Source: Pseudomonadota bacterium (lineage in GTDB: Bacteria; Pseudomonadota; Gammaproteobacteria; Burkholderiales; REEB80). From it: a DNA stretch of 64,000 nucleotides. A program made the position numbers and the translations under genes. The notes under the pieces are model-generated. The model searched no databases, had not been told where the DNA came from, and saw only the letters and a program-made list of their open reading frames with translations. Below are positions 30,387 through 40,656 of the stretch, one piece after another. Numbering within the stretch: the first letter of the stretch is position 1; each line of letters starts with the position of its first letter. The stretch covers positions 2,991-66,990 of the forward strand of contig JAGWIG010000011.1 of NCBI GenBank assembly GCA_028873515.1, given 5' to 3'.

Positions 30387-31445
30387 GTGGATATTCTTAT
30401 TGAACAGTTTTCGGAGCGGATTCGGCAAGCCAGGCTGACGGGTGAATCTTTAAGACTGCAGGGTGGGGGAAGCAAGGGTTTTTATGGTGAAAAATTTGTT
30501 GGAAGCCTTTTGGAGGTTGCCAATTTTTCTGGAGTTATTGATTATGAGCCCTCTGAGCTGGTATTAAGTGCCCGATGTGGCACTCCGCTTGTTGAAATTG
30601 AGAAATTATTGGCTGAACACGGGCAGATTCTGGGTTTTGAGCCACCTCATTTCGGGGAAACGGCGACCCTTGGCGGTACGGTTGCATGTGGATTTTCAGG
30701 ACCACGTAGAGCCACTGCCGGTTCTTTGCGTGATCATCTGCTTGGGGTGCGAATCATTGATGGCCAGGGGCAAGACTTGCGTTTTGGTGGACAGGTCATG
30801 AAAAATGTAGCTGGATATGATGTGTCCCGACTGATGGTGGGGGCACTGGGTACGCTTGGTCTTCTTGCAGAACTGACGCTTCGGGTCATGCCAAAGCCTG
30901 TTCATGAGTGCACCTTGTCTCTTGAACTTTCAGCTAAGGCAGCCATCGAAAAAATGAATCATCTGGCTGGAATGCCTATTCCTCTTTCCGCAACCTGCTA
31001 TGTAGAAAACTGTCTTTATCTTCGTTTAAGCGGATTGCAGCGTGAAGTGGACACCCACGTTTTCCGGCTCGGGGGAGAAACAATTCTGGATGCAGATCAA
31101 TTCTGGAATTCCATACGGGAGCAGGAGCACAGGTTTTTTAGGGATGCCCCGTTTTTATGGCGTTTTTCTGTTCCCTCAATGGCTTGTCTAGATTCATTTG
31201 ACGAGCCGGGTTTAATTGAATGGGGCGGGGCTTTACGCTGGTCGGTAGCTGATATTCCAGCATGTAAGGTACGAATGGCGGCAGAAAGGGTGGGGGGGCA
31301 TGCAAACCTGTTCAGGGGGAAGCAACCCGATGTTCCCTTGTTTCATCCGCAATCCTCTGCGATACGAGCTATTCAGACACGTCTTAAAGACCAGTTTGAT
31401 CCAGATAGGGTTTTGAACCGCTTTCGGATGTATTCTTATTTCTAG
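30387..31445 (+). CDS. glcE: glycolate oxidase subunit GlcE (FAD-binding)
   Basis: 352 aa FAD-binding-domain protein between glcD and glcF; GTG start. Confidence 0.85.
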   Translation: MDILIEQFSERIRQARLTGESLRLQGGGSKGFYGEKFVGSLLEVANFSGVIDYEPSELVLSARCGTPLVEIEKLLAEHGQILGFEPPHFGETATLGGTVACGFSGPRRATAGSLRDHLLGVRIIDGQGQDLRFGGQVMKNVAGYDVSRLMVGALGTLGLLAELTLRVMPKPVHECTLSLELSAKAAIEKMNHLAGMPIPLSATCYVENCLYLRLSGLQREVDTHVFRLGGETILDADQFWNSIREQEHRFFRDAPFLWRFSVPSMACLDSFDEPGLIEWGGALRWSVADIPACKVRMAAERVGGHANLFRGKQPDVPLFHPQSSAIRAIQTRLKDQFDPDRVLNRFRMYSYF

Positions 31446-31451
31446 ATAAAT

Positions 31452-32714
31452 ATGCAGACAAAGTTACCTGAATCATTGCTTCAGACGTTTGAAGGGCAAG
31501 AGGCCGAAGCGATTCTTCGTTCCTGTGTACACTGTGGTTTTTGTCTGGCTACCTGCCCGACTTATCAGTTGACAGGTAATGAACTAGATAGTCCCCGTGG
31601 ACGGATATACCTTATCAAGAATGCCCTGGAAGGCTCACCGGTTACCCGAATAACCCAGCACCATCTTGATCGGTGCCTGACTTGCCGATCTTGTGAACGG
31701 GCCTGCCCAAGCCTCGTTCAGTATGGACGACTGCTTGAGATAGGCCGTGCATATGTCCATGAACGTTTTACCCGCCCTTTCCCTGAAAGAGCAGCACGAA
31801 ATCTGTTACGGCTTGGACTGCTTAACCGATCCTTGTTTGAGAGATTGATAAAGCTGGCGCGGCTGGTACGTCCATGTCTACCCCTATGGCTAAAACGGAC
31901 CGTTGCCCATCGTTCTGCTTCACAGCCTGTTTTTAAACAAAACCGGGCAAGGAAAATGCTCATACTGGATGGGTGTGTGCAGCCAGGCCTTGCTTCGGGG
32001 ATTAATGAGGCAGCAAGACGCGTGCTGGACCGTATGAACCTGTCGCTGGTCAGTGCAAAAAATTCTGGTTGCTGCGGGAGTCTCAGTTTGCATCTTGATG
32101 CACGAGAAGAGGCATTCAATTATATGCGGCAGAACATTGATGCCTGGTGGCCACATGTTGAAAGTGGTATAGAAGCAATCATTATGACTGCATCGGGTTG
32201 TGGGGTGACGGTTCGTGAATATGGAAAGCATCTCGCCCATGATCCTGCCTATGCCGAGCGTGCGAGAAGGATATCTGAACTGACCCGTGATATCAGCGAG
32301 GTCATTCTGGCTGAAGGGGCCGTTCTGCTGTCAGCTTACCCAGTGCTTCTTGGTCGGCATGTGGCTTTCCATGCACCCTGTACGCTTCAGCATGGCCAAT
32401 CACTAAGGGGTGTGGTGGAAGAGGTACTGGTGACTGCTGGGGCTATTCTCACGGATGTGCCAGAAGGCCATATGTGTTGCGGATCAGCTGGAGCCTATTC
32501 TTTTTTTGAGCCCGAAATGTCTAAACAGTTAAGACGCCTTCGCCTTGAAGCATTACAGTCGGGTGCTCCCGAGGAAATCGTAACTGCCAATATCGGGTGT
32601 ATGATGCATCTTGCTGCCAGGGCTAAAGTTCCTGTGCGCCACTGGATTGAGTTACTTGATGATGGGTTTGCTACGCTGGAAAAGAATGTCCCATACGCCA
32701 TGCCCCAGCTTTAG
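31452..32714 (+). CDS. glcF: glycolate oxidase iron-sulfur subunit GlcF
   Basis: Two ferredoxin-type clusters ([24 protein letters not shown]) and two CCG domains; 420 aa. Confidence 0.9.
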   Translation: MQTKLPESLLQTFEGQEAEAILRSCVHCGFCLATCPTYQLTGNELDSPRGRIYLIKNALEGSPVTRITQHHLDRCLTCRSCERACPSLVQYGRLLEIGRAYVHERFTRPFPERAARNLLRLGLLNRSLFERLIKLARLVRPCLPLWLKRTVAHRSASQPVFKQNRARKMLILDGCVQPGLASGINEAARRVLDRMNLSLVSAKNSGCCGSLSLHLDAREEAFNYMRQNIDAWWPHVESGIEAIIMTASGCGVTVREYGKHLAHDPAYAERARRISELTRDISEVILAEGAVLLSAYPVLLGRHVAFHAPCTLQHGQSLRGVVEEVLVTAGAILTDVPEGHMCCGSAGAYSFFEPEMSKQLRRLRLEALQSGAPEEIVTANIGCMMHLAARAKVPVRHWIELLDDGFATLEKNVPYAMPQL

Positions 32715-33356
32715 TCCGCGTGATTCAAATTTAGTTTGAGGCCGCCACTCTGGACGCGCGGCGAATGTGGCGGCTGTATTTTTAAGAGCGGATTCTTGTG
32801 TCATGACCTCAAGTATCTGTTCGGCGTATTCCTGCCAGTCTGTAGCGGCATGGAGATATCCTCCAGGCTTGATTTTTCGGGAAAGCGTTGAAATAAGTCC
32901 TTTCTGGATAAGCCTGCGTTTGTGATGACGTTTCTTGGGCCAGGGGTCCGGAAAATAGATGTGTATGCCTGCCAGGGCCTCTTCATTGATCATCTTTTCG
33001 ATGACTTCAACTGCATCATGCTGGATGATACGTACGTTATTAAGGTGGTATTCCTGAATTTTACGCAGCAGGCTTCCAACCCCAGGTCTGTGTACTTCTA
33101 CCCCCAGAAAGTTGCAATCGGGACTATGAAGGGCGATTTGGGCAGTTGTTTCCCCCATGCCAAACCCTATTTCCAGGACGACCGGTGCATCACGGTTAAA
33201 TGCTTTGGACAGATTGATGGGTTGAGGGGAAAAAGGGATGAGCCATGCAGGACCAAGTTCATTGATGGCTCTTGCCTGGGCATCAGACATTCTGCCCTGG
33301 CGTAGGACAAAACTTCTGATTGAACGGGTTAGTTGGTTTGTTGCATCTGAGTTCAT
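32652..33356 (-). CDS. trmB: tRNA (guanine-N7)-methyltransferase
   Basis: 234 aa ([35 protein letters not shown]). Confidence 0.94.
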   Translation of the reverse strand: MNSDATNQLTRSIRSFVLRQGRMSDAQARAINELGPAWLIPFSPQPINLSKAFNRDAPVVLEIGFGMGETTAQIALHSPDCNFLGVEVHRPGVGSLLRKIQEYHLNNVRIIQHDAVEVIEKMINEEALAGIHIYFPDPWPKKRHHKRRLIQKGLISTLSRKIKPGGYLHAATDWQEYAEQILEVMTQESALKNTAATFAARPEWRPQTKFESRGLKLGHGVWDILFQRSKPIIK

Positions 33357-34135
33357 TTACCGATCAGCCCAGCTGAAGGGGAACTGGGGGTGGCTGAATA
33401 GGGTTTTGGCGGCATTCTTCCTGCAAGGAAGGCTTCACGTCCCGCTTCGATGGCTTTTTTCATGGCAGAGGCCATCAGTACCGGGTTGGATGCTGCTGCA
33501 ATTGCAGTGTTCATCAGCACCCCGTCGCAGCCCAGTTCCATCGCTTTGGCAGCTTCAGAAGCCGTTCCAACCCCCGCGTCTACGAGAATGGGTACGCAGG
33601 CCTTTTCGATAATGAGCCGGATGTTCCATGGGTTGAGTATGCCCATTCCAGAGCCGATGAGCGATGCAAGTGGCATGATAGCCACGCATCCTGTCTCTTC
33701 AAGACGTTTGGCGATAACCGGATCATCTGAAGTGTAAACCATGACGTCAAAACCTTCTTTGACCAGGATTTCAGCAGCCTTGATAGTCTCTGTCACATTT
33801 GGGAAAAGGGTATGAGGATCCCCCAGAACCTCAAGTTTGACCAGGTTGTGGCCGTCCAGGAGTTCACGGGCGAGTCGTAGGGTCCGTATGGCTTCCTCAG
33901 CAGTATAGCATCCAGCTGTATTGGGCAGAATGGTATAGCGGGAAGGAGGCAGGATATCCAGGAGATTTGGTTCTCCTGGTTTTTGCCCGAGATTGATACG
34001 TCGGATGGCAGCAGTAACGATTCGTGCACCTGAAGCTTCAATGGCCAGGCGGGTTTGTTCGAAATCCTTGTATTTTCCCGTTCCGATTAGAAGTCGAGAA
34101 CTGTAGGTTTTTCCTGCTAGATTCAGTACGTCCAT
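33353..34135 (-). CDS. thiG: thiazole synthase
   Basis: 260 aa with full-length ThiG similarity (LLIGTGKY..., [14 protein letters not shown]), downstream of thiS. Confidence 0.96.
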   Translation of the reverse strand: MDVLNLAGKTYSSRLLIGTGKYKDFEQTRLAIEASGARIVTAAIRRINLGQKPGEPNLLDILPPSRYTILPNTAGCYTAEEAIRTLRLARELLDGHNLVKLEVLGDPHTLFPNVTETIKAAEILVKEGFDVMVYTSDDPVIAKRLEETGCVAIMPLASLIGSGMGILNPWNIRLIIEKACVPILVDAGVGTASEAAKAMELGCDGVLMNTAIAAASNPVLMASAMKKAIEAGREAFLAGRMPPKPYSATPSSPSAGLIGK

Positions 34136-34149
34136 GATGTTCCGTATGA

Positions 34150-34350
34150 TTAGCCGCCGCCAACGGCAACGATAATTTCCAGACGGTCGCCGTCGGCAAG
34201 CAGCGTTGATGCAAACTGGCTTCGGGGCAGAATCTCCCCATTTAGTTCAATGGCCAGGCGTTTACCATTCAGATCGAGGCAAAATAAAAGCGAGGCAACA
34301 GACTTTTGTTCTGCAATCTCCTGCCGTTTGCCATTGACTGTTATATGCAT
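34150..34350 (-). CDS. thiS: sulfur carrier protein ThiS
   Basis: 66 aa ubiquitin-like protein ending in GG (..IIVAVGGG), upstream of thiG. Confidence 0.9.
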   Translation of the reverse strand: MHITVNGKRQEIAEQKSVASLLFCLDLNGKRLAIELNGEILPRSQFASTLLADGDRLEIIVAVGGG

Positions 34351-34394
34351 CGTTCTGGTCTGACTTGATGATTGTTATTCTAGCACGGACCCCA

Positions 34395-35081
34395 TCAAGT
34401 TGCAGAGAAGCGGTACCCTGCACCTCGCACGGTCTGGATCAGATGATCGTGCCCGGTTCTTTCCAGGGCAAGTCTTAACCTGCGGATATGAACATCAACG
34501 GTACGTTCTTCAACAACAATATGATCTCCCCAGACCCGGTCAAGGAGTTGGGTGCGTGAATAAACCCGTTCCTGATGGCTCATGAGAAAATGAAGGAGGC
34601 GAAACTCAGTGGGGCCGAGTTCCAGTTCCATCTCATTTCCAAAGACCCGGTAACTTGTGGGGTCAAGTTTTAACCCTTCGATTTCTATGCTATCTTCAGT
34701 AGTCTGGGGAGCACGTCTTCTTAACACCGCCTTGATTCGTGCGACAACTTCACGTGGAGAGAAGGGTTTGGTAATGTAATCATCAGCCCCTATTTCCAGC
34801 CCTGTAATCTTGTCGGATTCTTCCGTGCGGGCTGTGAGCATGATGATGGGGATATCGCGGGTTCGTTTGTCATTTCGTAGCTGTTGTGCAAACTCAATTC
34901 CATTTTTTCCGGGCAGCATCCAGTCCAGCAGAATGAGATCAGGCAACTCTTTCCGGACAAGATTGCTGGCCTCATCGGCATTAAGCGCTTGCCAGACTGC
35001 ATGTCCAGCCTGTTTAAGGCTGAGTTTCAGAAGTTCCTGGATACTGGATTCATCTTCTACAACAAGAATGGTGGCAGCCAT
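34395..35081 (-). CDS. phoB: phosphate regulon response regulator PhoB (OmpR family)
   Basis: 228 aa, near-colinear with E. coli PhoB (ILVVEDE..., [43 protein letters not shown]). No phoR follows. Confidence 0.88.
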   Translation of the reverse strand: MAATILVVEDESSIQELLKLSLKQAGHAVWQALNADEASNLVRKELPDLILLDWMLPGKNGIEFAQQLRNDKRTRDIPIIMLTARTEESDKITGLEIGADDYITKPFSPREVVARIKAVLRRRAPQTTEDSIEIEGLKLDPTSYRVFGNEMELELGPTEFRLLHFLMSHQERVYSRTQLLDRVWGDHIVVEERTVDVHIRRLRLALERTGHDHLIQTVRGAGYRFSAT

Positions 35082-35304
35082 AAATAAATTTCCTGAATTT
35101 AGTCTGCCATAAGAATAAGGGATTTTTTGTAAATTTACATGTTTATTGTAAAAAAATATGAAAATCCAGCCTATAAAAAATTAAAAAACGTATTTTGTAA
35201 TAATTTGGTAACAATAGATACATGAAACTTAAATATGAACTATTGAGCATGCATGCAACATTGGGGGTGGGTAACGTTTATTCTGTGAAAAATAGGAGAA
35301 TTGC

Positions 35305-35917
35305 ATGAACAAACGGAAAAATACGCTTTTTACGGTGGCTGAGGTGCTGGGGTGTGCTTCAGGCATGGTACAGGCTAAAAATTTAACTGGTGCGGGTTCT
35401 GCTTTTGCTTATCCGATTTATGCCAGGTGGGCAGATAGTTATAGGAAGCCAACCTGAACGGGGCTTAATTACCAGTCTATTGGATCAGGCGGAGGTATTA
35501 AGCAGATTGAAGCCAAGACCGTTAATTTTGGTGCTTAAGACATGCCCTTGACTCTCCCGGATCTCAGGGTCAGGCATCTAGGCCAGTTCCCTGACTTGAC
35601 TGGAGGGGTAGTGATATCTTTTAACCTTCGGGGTATACGGCCCGGAACGCTCAGGTTTGATGCTCCGGTGCTGGCAGACTCTATTTAGGCAAAATAAGGA
35701 AGTGGAACAACAGCCGCATAGTTGCACTGAACCCCGGTATTCACCTTCCAGATCAGGATATCAGGGTTATTCATCGTGCTGATGGTCCGGGAACGACATT
35801 TATTTTACCAATTATCTGAGCAAGGTCAGCCCTGAATGGAGGGAAAAGGTCGGGAACAATGCAGCCGTAGCCTGGCCAGTGGGAGCTGGGGCTTCTTTTA
35901 ATACTGATATCAGTTAG
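35305..35917 (+). pseudogene. pstS: pstS (phosphate ABC transporter substrate-binding protein) pseudogene, decayed and 3'-truncated
   Basis: SD AGGAGA plus an ATG at 35305 and a signal peptide. The sequence LTGAGSAFAYPIYARWADSY..NYQSIGSGGGIKQIEAKTVNFGA matches PstS. It is interrupted by in-frame TGA (35455) and TAA (35536). At least 2 frameshifts follow (LGKIRKWNN...GTTF in another frame, YLSKVSPEWREKVGNNAAVAWPVGAG in a third). Homology stops at about residue 195 of ~345. Confidence 0.85.
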
Positions 35918-35938
35918 GATGCGTTATCCTTTTACTCT

Positions 35939-37297
35939 ATGCGGAAACGGGCCTTTTTTATTTTTTTCATGCTTACCGGATTTGTCCTGTTATTATGGGC
36001 AACCATCTGGCTATATTCAGCACATCCTTGTCGTCGGTTTATTGAAAATAAAATTGGACAGGCGCTACACCGGAAATTCTCTATTGAAGGGCCCATTTCA
36101 TTCAGGGTAGGCGATCCATTTCAGATTGAGATTGATGATTTTTATCTGGATAATCGGGACAGCCATGGGCGATTATTCGATGCCAAGCGTATGGTGATAG
36201 ACTTTGCCATCTGGCCCTTGTTTAAGGGGCAGTTGGGAATCAAGAGATTATTACTTGAAAAGGCCCATCTGAATCTTTCCTTTTCTCGCAATGGAAAATT
36301 GAATATTGATGATCTGCTTCATTCGGGAGGGCAGTCGCATCTTGTTTCCTTGCCCGGGAATTTAAGGATTCAGGATTCAGTTCTTGAGGTTAACGACTCC
36401 GAAAAGAGGGTTCAGGGAGAAGCATTGATTAAGGTTTTATCACTGGAGAACCCCTATAAACCTGGGGGAAAAATGGATTTGGCCGCCTATTTGCAGATGG
36501 GTGGAAAAGGACTTCAAGTATTGGCTTCAACAAAGATAAAAGCAGAGCCAGGGGTGAAATGGCTGGCCCTAAAAAGGGTAAGGGTTAAAGTTGCAACTTC
36601 CTGGGGAGGGCTTGATTTGATATCGCCGTCAGCAAGATTTGAGCCAGGTAACCGTATCCTGTTTAATTCATTCAATCTCCATTTTATTGGAACCAGGGAT
36701 CAATCTGTTTCTGTTATTTCAGGTCACGCAGAATTTTCAGGTGAGCGGCTGGCTTATGCTCGCGCAAAGGTTGAGGCGGAAGTACCAGGACAGAAACTTG
36801 AAATCACCTTACCAGCATATGAGGGTCCTTACACTGGAGAATTTCCAGTAGAATTTTCCTATCAGATGCAAAAACCCAGAATTGTACGTGCTCATGGCAA
36901 CGCTGACATCGGCGTTTCTGATCTGAAACAGGCGAGGGGGAAGTTTTCGCTTTCTTTTGGTATTGGGGATCCAGTTCATTCTTTTGAGGGCAAACTGGCA
37001 GGAAAGGCTAATGTAGATTTAAGTCAGAAATCCGCGGATCTGGATGTATCTGGTCTGATTGCCCAGAGTCCCGTCCGGTTGATAGCTCATTGGACTGGCG
37101 GTAACCCTTGGCACCTGGATTTGGATGGGAGGATTCAACGGCTTGATTATGCAGATCTACCTCATGGGGGGTCTCCATCCCGAAATTGCTATTGGCTTTC
37201 TGGACAGTTGCAGGCGGACAGGTTGCTTTTTCATGGCCTCACAGTCCATGGTGCCACCCTGACCTTTGATCCTCATCAATGTGCCTTTCTGCCATGA
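35939..37297 (+). CDS. AsmA family protein (short, 452 aa)
   Basis: N-terminal TM anchor plus an AsmA-like N-terminal region (...IEGPISFRVGDPFQIEIDDFYL...LFKGQLGIKRLLLEKAHLNL). Shorter than typical AsmA proteins. Confidence 0.55.
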   Translation: MRKRAFFIFFMLTGFVLLLWATIWLYSAHPCRRFIENKIGQALHRKFSIEGPISFRVGDPFQIEIDDFYLDNRDSHGRLFDAKRMVIDFAIWPLFKGQLGIKRLLLEKAHLNLSFSRNGKLNIDDLLHSGGQSHLVSLPGNLRIQDSVLEVNDSEKRVQGEALIKVLSLENPYKPGGKMDLAAYLQMGGKGLQVLASTKIKAEPGVKWLALKRVRVKVATSWGGLDLISPSARFEPGNRILFNSFNLHFIGTRDQSVSVISGHAEFSGERLAYARAKVEAEVPGQKLEITLPAYEGPYTGEFPVEFSYQMQKPRIVRAHGNADIGVSDLKQARGKFSLSFGIGDPVHSFEGKLAGKANVDLSQKSADLDVSGLIAQSPVRLIAHWTGGNPWHLDLDGRIQRLDYADLPHGGSPSRNCYWLSGQLQADRLLFHGLTVHGATLTFDPHQCAFLP

Positions 37298-38337
37298 ATG
37301 CTAATGCTGATTTTTCCAAAAAAATAATCGCCTGGCAGAAGTCCGAAGGCCGACATGATTTACCGTGGCAGAACTGTTTCGATCCATATCGGATCTGGGT
37401 ATCTGAAATCATGCTTCAGCAGACTCAAGTCAGCACGGTTATTCCTTATTTCAATCGGTTCATGAGTGTTTTTCCTGATATAGCCACACTTGCTTCATCT
37501 TCCCTTGATGCCGTGCTCGCTCACTGGAGTGGTCTTGGCTATTATTCACGCGCCCGTAATCTGCACTTGGCAGCAAAGGAAATCATGGTGGCTCATGGCG
37601 GTTATTTCCCAGTCTCCTTTGAGTTGATCCTGGGTTTGCCTGGGATTGGCCGAACGACAGCTGCTGCACTGAGTGTTTTTGCCTATGGTGCAAGGGAGGC
37701 GATTCTGGATGGGAATGTCAAGAGAGTGTTTGCAAGATATTTTGCAATAGAAGGGAATCTATCAGGCAAAAGGGAAGAAAAGGACCTCTGGCCCCTGGCT
37801 TACTCGCTTCTTCCGTCAAATGAGATTGCTATTTATACACAGGGTTTGATGGATCTTGGCGCAACCTGCTGTAAACCCCGGAAACCAGAGTGTATGCGCT
37901 GTCCGTTGCATCTGGATTGTGTTGCCTACAGGCAGGGCAGGGCGCACGAATTTCCTTCAAAGCGTTTGCGTAAGGCTATTCCCGAAAAGCAGACTGTTAT
38001 GCTGGTTCTGGAACATGAAGGCAAGCTTCTTTTCAAACGTCACCCAGAAAAGGGGCTTTGGGGTGGTTTATATGTTTTTCCGCAAGCGGAAACGATTGCA
38101 GAAGCCGAAAATTTCGTGTCAACCTGGTTAGGCATGGACACATTGGTGGGAAGATGGCTTGAACCTTTGATGCATACTTTTACTCATTTTCGTCTTTCCA
38201 TCTTGCCTTGGCATATATGGGTAAAGGATAAGGTAGATCCGGGAAGGAATGAGATCTGGATGACCCGCAGTGAGGCTTTGGGGGCTGGTTTACCTGTTCC
38301 GGTCAGGAAGCTTGTGCGCCAGGTCATTCCTGATTAA
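37294..38337 (+). CDS. mutY: A/G-specific adenine DNA glycosylase
   Basis: HhH-GPD domain (LPGIGRTTAAA), 4Fe-4S loop CCKPRKPECMRCPLHLDC and a C-terminal NUDIX-like domain. The ATG at 37294 overlaps the asmA-like stop (ATGA). Confidence 0.94.
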   Translation: MNANADFSKKIIAWQKSEGRHDLPWQNCFDPYRIWVSEIMLQQTQVSTVIPYFNRFMSVFPDIATLASSSLDAVLAHWSGLGYYSRARNLHLAAKEIMVAHGGYFPVSFELILGLPGIGRTTAAALSVFAYGAREAILDGNVKRVFARYFAIEGNLSGKREEKDLWPLAYSLLPSNEIAIYTQGLMDLGATCCKPRKPECMRCPLHLDCVAYRQGRAHEFPSKRLRKAIPEKQTVMLVLEHEGKLLFKRHPEKGLWGGLYVFPQAETIAEAENFVSTWLGMDTLVGRWLEPLMHTFTHFRLSILPWHIWVKDKVDPGRNEIWMTRSEALGAGLPVPVRKLVRQVIPD

Positions 38338-39053
38338 GGTGAGTTGGTAATGGGCACGCCATTCAAAATGATGCTGCCCCGGACGGTTACCTTTACGGTA
38401 TTTTCGCCTGACTCAAATGTCGGGGCAGAATTTGACACCATAAATTCCTTTCCCGTAAAAATCCTTGGAGGAGGGCTGATTCCATTATCAATGATTACAT
38501 TGCTGAGTATATAGCTACGGGCACCGAAAGCTTTTGCAACAAGGGATGCACGCTCACGAAATGTCTTGATTGCTGCCTGGGTAACGCTATTTGTCAGGCT
38601 GAGCCGTGCTGGTGAAGATAAACTGAACCGTATAGAAGTGAGTGTCAGATATTTCTGAAGCTGGCCAATGAGTGATTGCATGGCAGTGAAATCAGCGCTC
38701 TGGATTGCAATTGATTGATGAAGCTGCCATGCATGAATAGTCTGGGGAGCGTTGGCAGAGCGTACGTCATAGACAGGAGAAGTATTATAGGTTCTGGTAG
38801 ACGCCTGAATTTGGGGGTAACGTTTAATGACTGCCAAGGCAGTCTGCATGACCTTGTTTGACTTGCTTGCCAGGACAGAAGCATCAGGCCCTTCCTTATC
38901 AATGGCCAGTTCGGCTGTCATGTAATTGCTGGGGGATTCGGCACTCGCTGATGCTTCAAGACTTATCTGGTTGAGACTTTCGGCAGCAGCAGTGAGGGGT
39001 GAGATCAAAAGGAAAGCAGCAATCCAGATTCTGTTTATCATTATTGTTTTCAT
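38334..39053 (-). CDS. SIMPL (DUF541) domain-containing periplasmic protein
   Basis: Signal peptide plus a DUF541-like layout (two-lobed, ...SPVYD...GENTVKVTVRGSIIL). Confidence 0.6.
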   Translation of the reverse strand: MKTIMINRIWIAAFLLISPLTAAAESLNQISLEASASAESPSNYMTAELAIDKEGPDASVLASKSNKVMQTALAVIKRYPQIQASTRTYNTSPVYDVRSANAPQTIHAWQLHQSIAIQSADFTAMQSLIGQLQKYLTLTSIRFSLSSPARLSLTNSVTQAAIKTFRERASLVAKAFGARSYILSNVIIDNGISPPPRIFTGKEFMVSNSAPTFESGENTVKVTVRGSIILNGVPITNSP

Positions 39054-39067
39054 AATGTTGTTCTCTT

Positions 39068-39724
39068 TTATCCCTGAGTCTGCAAAGAGGCCCCAGCCTG
39101 GATTTCCTGTGCCTTGTTTTCTCCCCAGCGGGGAATCAGTGCATGGGTTAAACCCAGATGGTCGAGGATACGCGCAACGATAAAATCGATCAGGTCGGCG
39201 ATTGTCTGGGGGTGAGTATAGAATCCAGGCGATGGAGGAAGAATAACGGCCTGCATTTTTGCTAGCCTTAGCATATGCTCCAGATGGATGGCGGATAAAG
39301 GGGTTTCACGTGGCACCAGAATGAGCTTTTTCTGTTCCTTTAGCATGACATCTGCAGCCCGTTCTATCAGGTTGTCGCTTAGACCCTGGCTGATGGCCGC
39401 AAGGGTTCCCATGCTGCATGGGCAGATTACCATGGCATTAGAAGGGTTTGAGCCAGAAGCGACCGGAGATAGATAATCTTCCCGCCCATAGACACGAAGG
39501 CGATTGGTATTTATTCCCAGGGCTTTACCAAGTGTTTCCTTGGCATCCGATGGTCGGGCAGGCAAAGTAAGCCTTGTTTCCTGGCTGATGACAATCTGGG
39601 CAGCTTGGGAATAAAGGAGCTGAATGGATACCTCTTCCATTTCGGTGAGGCATTGAAGAAGTCTGAAGCCATAGGGCATCCCTGAAGCGCCGGTTAGAGC
39701 AAGAGTGATGGTCATTGGTTTCAT
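39068..39724 (-). CDS. ubiX: UbiX family flavin prenyltransferase
   Basis: LTGASGMPYGFRLLQCL and MVICPCSMGTLAAI motifs typical of UbiX/Pad1; 218 aa. Confidence 0.92.
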   Translation of the reverse strand: MKPMTITLALTGASGMPYGFRLLQCLTEMEEVSIQLLYSQAAQIVISQETRLTLPARPSDAKETLGKALGINTNRLRVYGREDYLSPVASGSNPSNAMVICPCSMGTLAAISQGLSDNLIERAADVMLKEQKKLILVPRETPLSAIHLEHMLRLAKMQAVILPPSPGFYTHPQTIADLIDFIVARILDHLGLTHALIPRWGENKAQEIQAGASLQTQG

Positions 39725-39789
39725 GGTGTGGACAGTCTAGCCCATTTTTTACTGTTTTGTCTTTTAAAGAAAGCATGAATGAACAGGTT

Positions 39790-40656
39790 TTAGGTTTTCG
39801 TGGAACTTGTGGAGATCAATCCTGTAAGTTCACGGTGCCTTATCAGAACCTGATATTCTTTGGAGAATCGTTTGGCGAGCTGCTCTGCAAGATAGACTGA
39901 GCGATGCTGTCCCCCTGTACAGCCAATGGCAATTGTCAGATAACTGCGGTTGTCCCGTATGAATTCCGGTAGCCATTCATTAATGAAGGCATGAATATCC
40001 TTAAGCATCTTCTGAACGCCGGGTTGTTCTTCAAGATATTGGATAATACAGGCATCACGCCCTGTATAAGGTTTTAGGGCGGGATCATAATGCGGGTTGG
40101 GAAGGCAGCGTACGTCAAATACGAAATCCGCATCAAGAGGTAAACCATGCTTGAAACCGAAAGATTGGAACAATAGGGTGATTTTTGAGGCATCGAGTTC
40201 GGCAAGATCGCGTATCCACATTCTTAGCGTAACCGGGTTCAGGTCCGAAGTATCGATGCGCAGGCCAAGATTGGCTACTTCTGCCAGCATGCCCCGTTCG
40301 ATTTCCACGCATTCAGGCAGGGTGCGATCTGCATTACTTAATGGATGGGGTCGGCGTGATTCAGAGAATCTTTTGACCAGAGTATTGAGGTTTGCTTCCA
40401 GAAAAAGCAGGCGTAGATTAATATGGGATGCCTGAAGGTTCAGGATATGCTGTGGCAGTTCGGCGAGCGATGCACCACTACGGGAGTCAACACTGATTGC
40501 AACCCGTGGATTATTTGCCTGCAGGAATGACAGGCAAGCTCCTTCAAGCATTTCTGCGGGAAGGTTATCCACGCAGAAATAACCGCTGTCCTCAAGAATC
40601 CTGAGGGCGACACTCTTACCTGAGCCGGATAGGCCGCTAATCAGGATTAGTTGCAT
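39790..40656 (-). CDS. rapZ: RNase adapter protein RapZ
   Basis: P-loop ISGLSGSGKSVALRILED, GYFCVDNLP, and C-terminal GCTGGQHRSV; 288 aa. Confidence 0.95.
   Translation of the reverse strand: MQLILISGLSGSGKSVALRILEDSGYFCVDNLPAEMLEGACLSFLQANNPRVAISVDSRSGASLAELPQHILNLQASHINLRLLFLEANLNTLVKRFSESRRPHPLSNADRTLPECVEIERGMLAEVANLGLRIDTSDLNPVTLRMWIRDLAELDASKITLLFQSFGFKHGLPLDADFVFDVRCLPNPHYDPALKPYTGRDACIIQYLEEQPGVQKMLKDIHAFINEWLPEFIRDNRSYLTIAIGCTGGQHRSVYLAEQLAKRFSKEYQVLIRHRELTGLISTSSTKT

Noticed and set aside
35127-35212. Pho boxes upstream of the pstS remnant (TGTAAATTTACA palindrome at 35129-35140; TTGTAAT-N4-TGGTAAC at 35195-35212)
   Set aside because: The half-sites match the CTGTCAT consensus at only 4-5 of 7 positions in a very AT-rich background. 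That is not strong enough to call as a feature.
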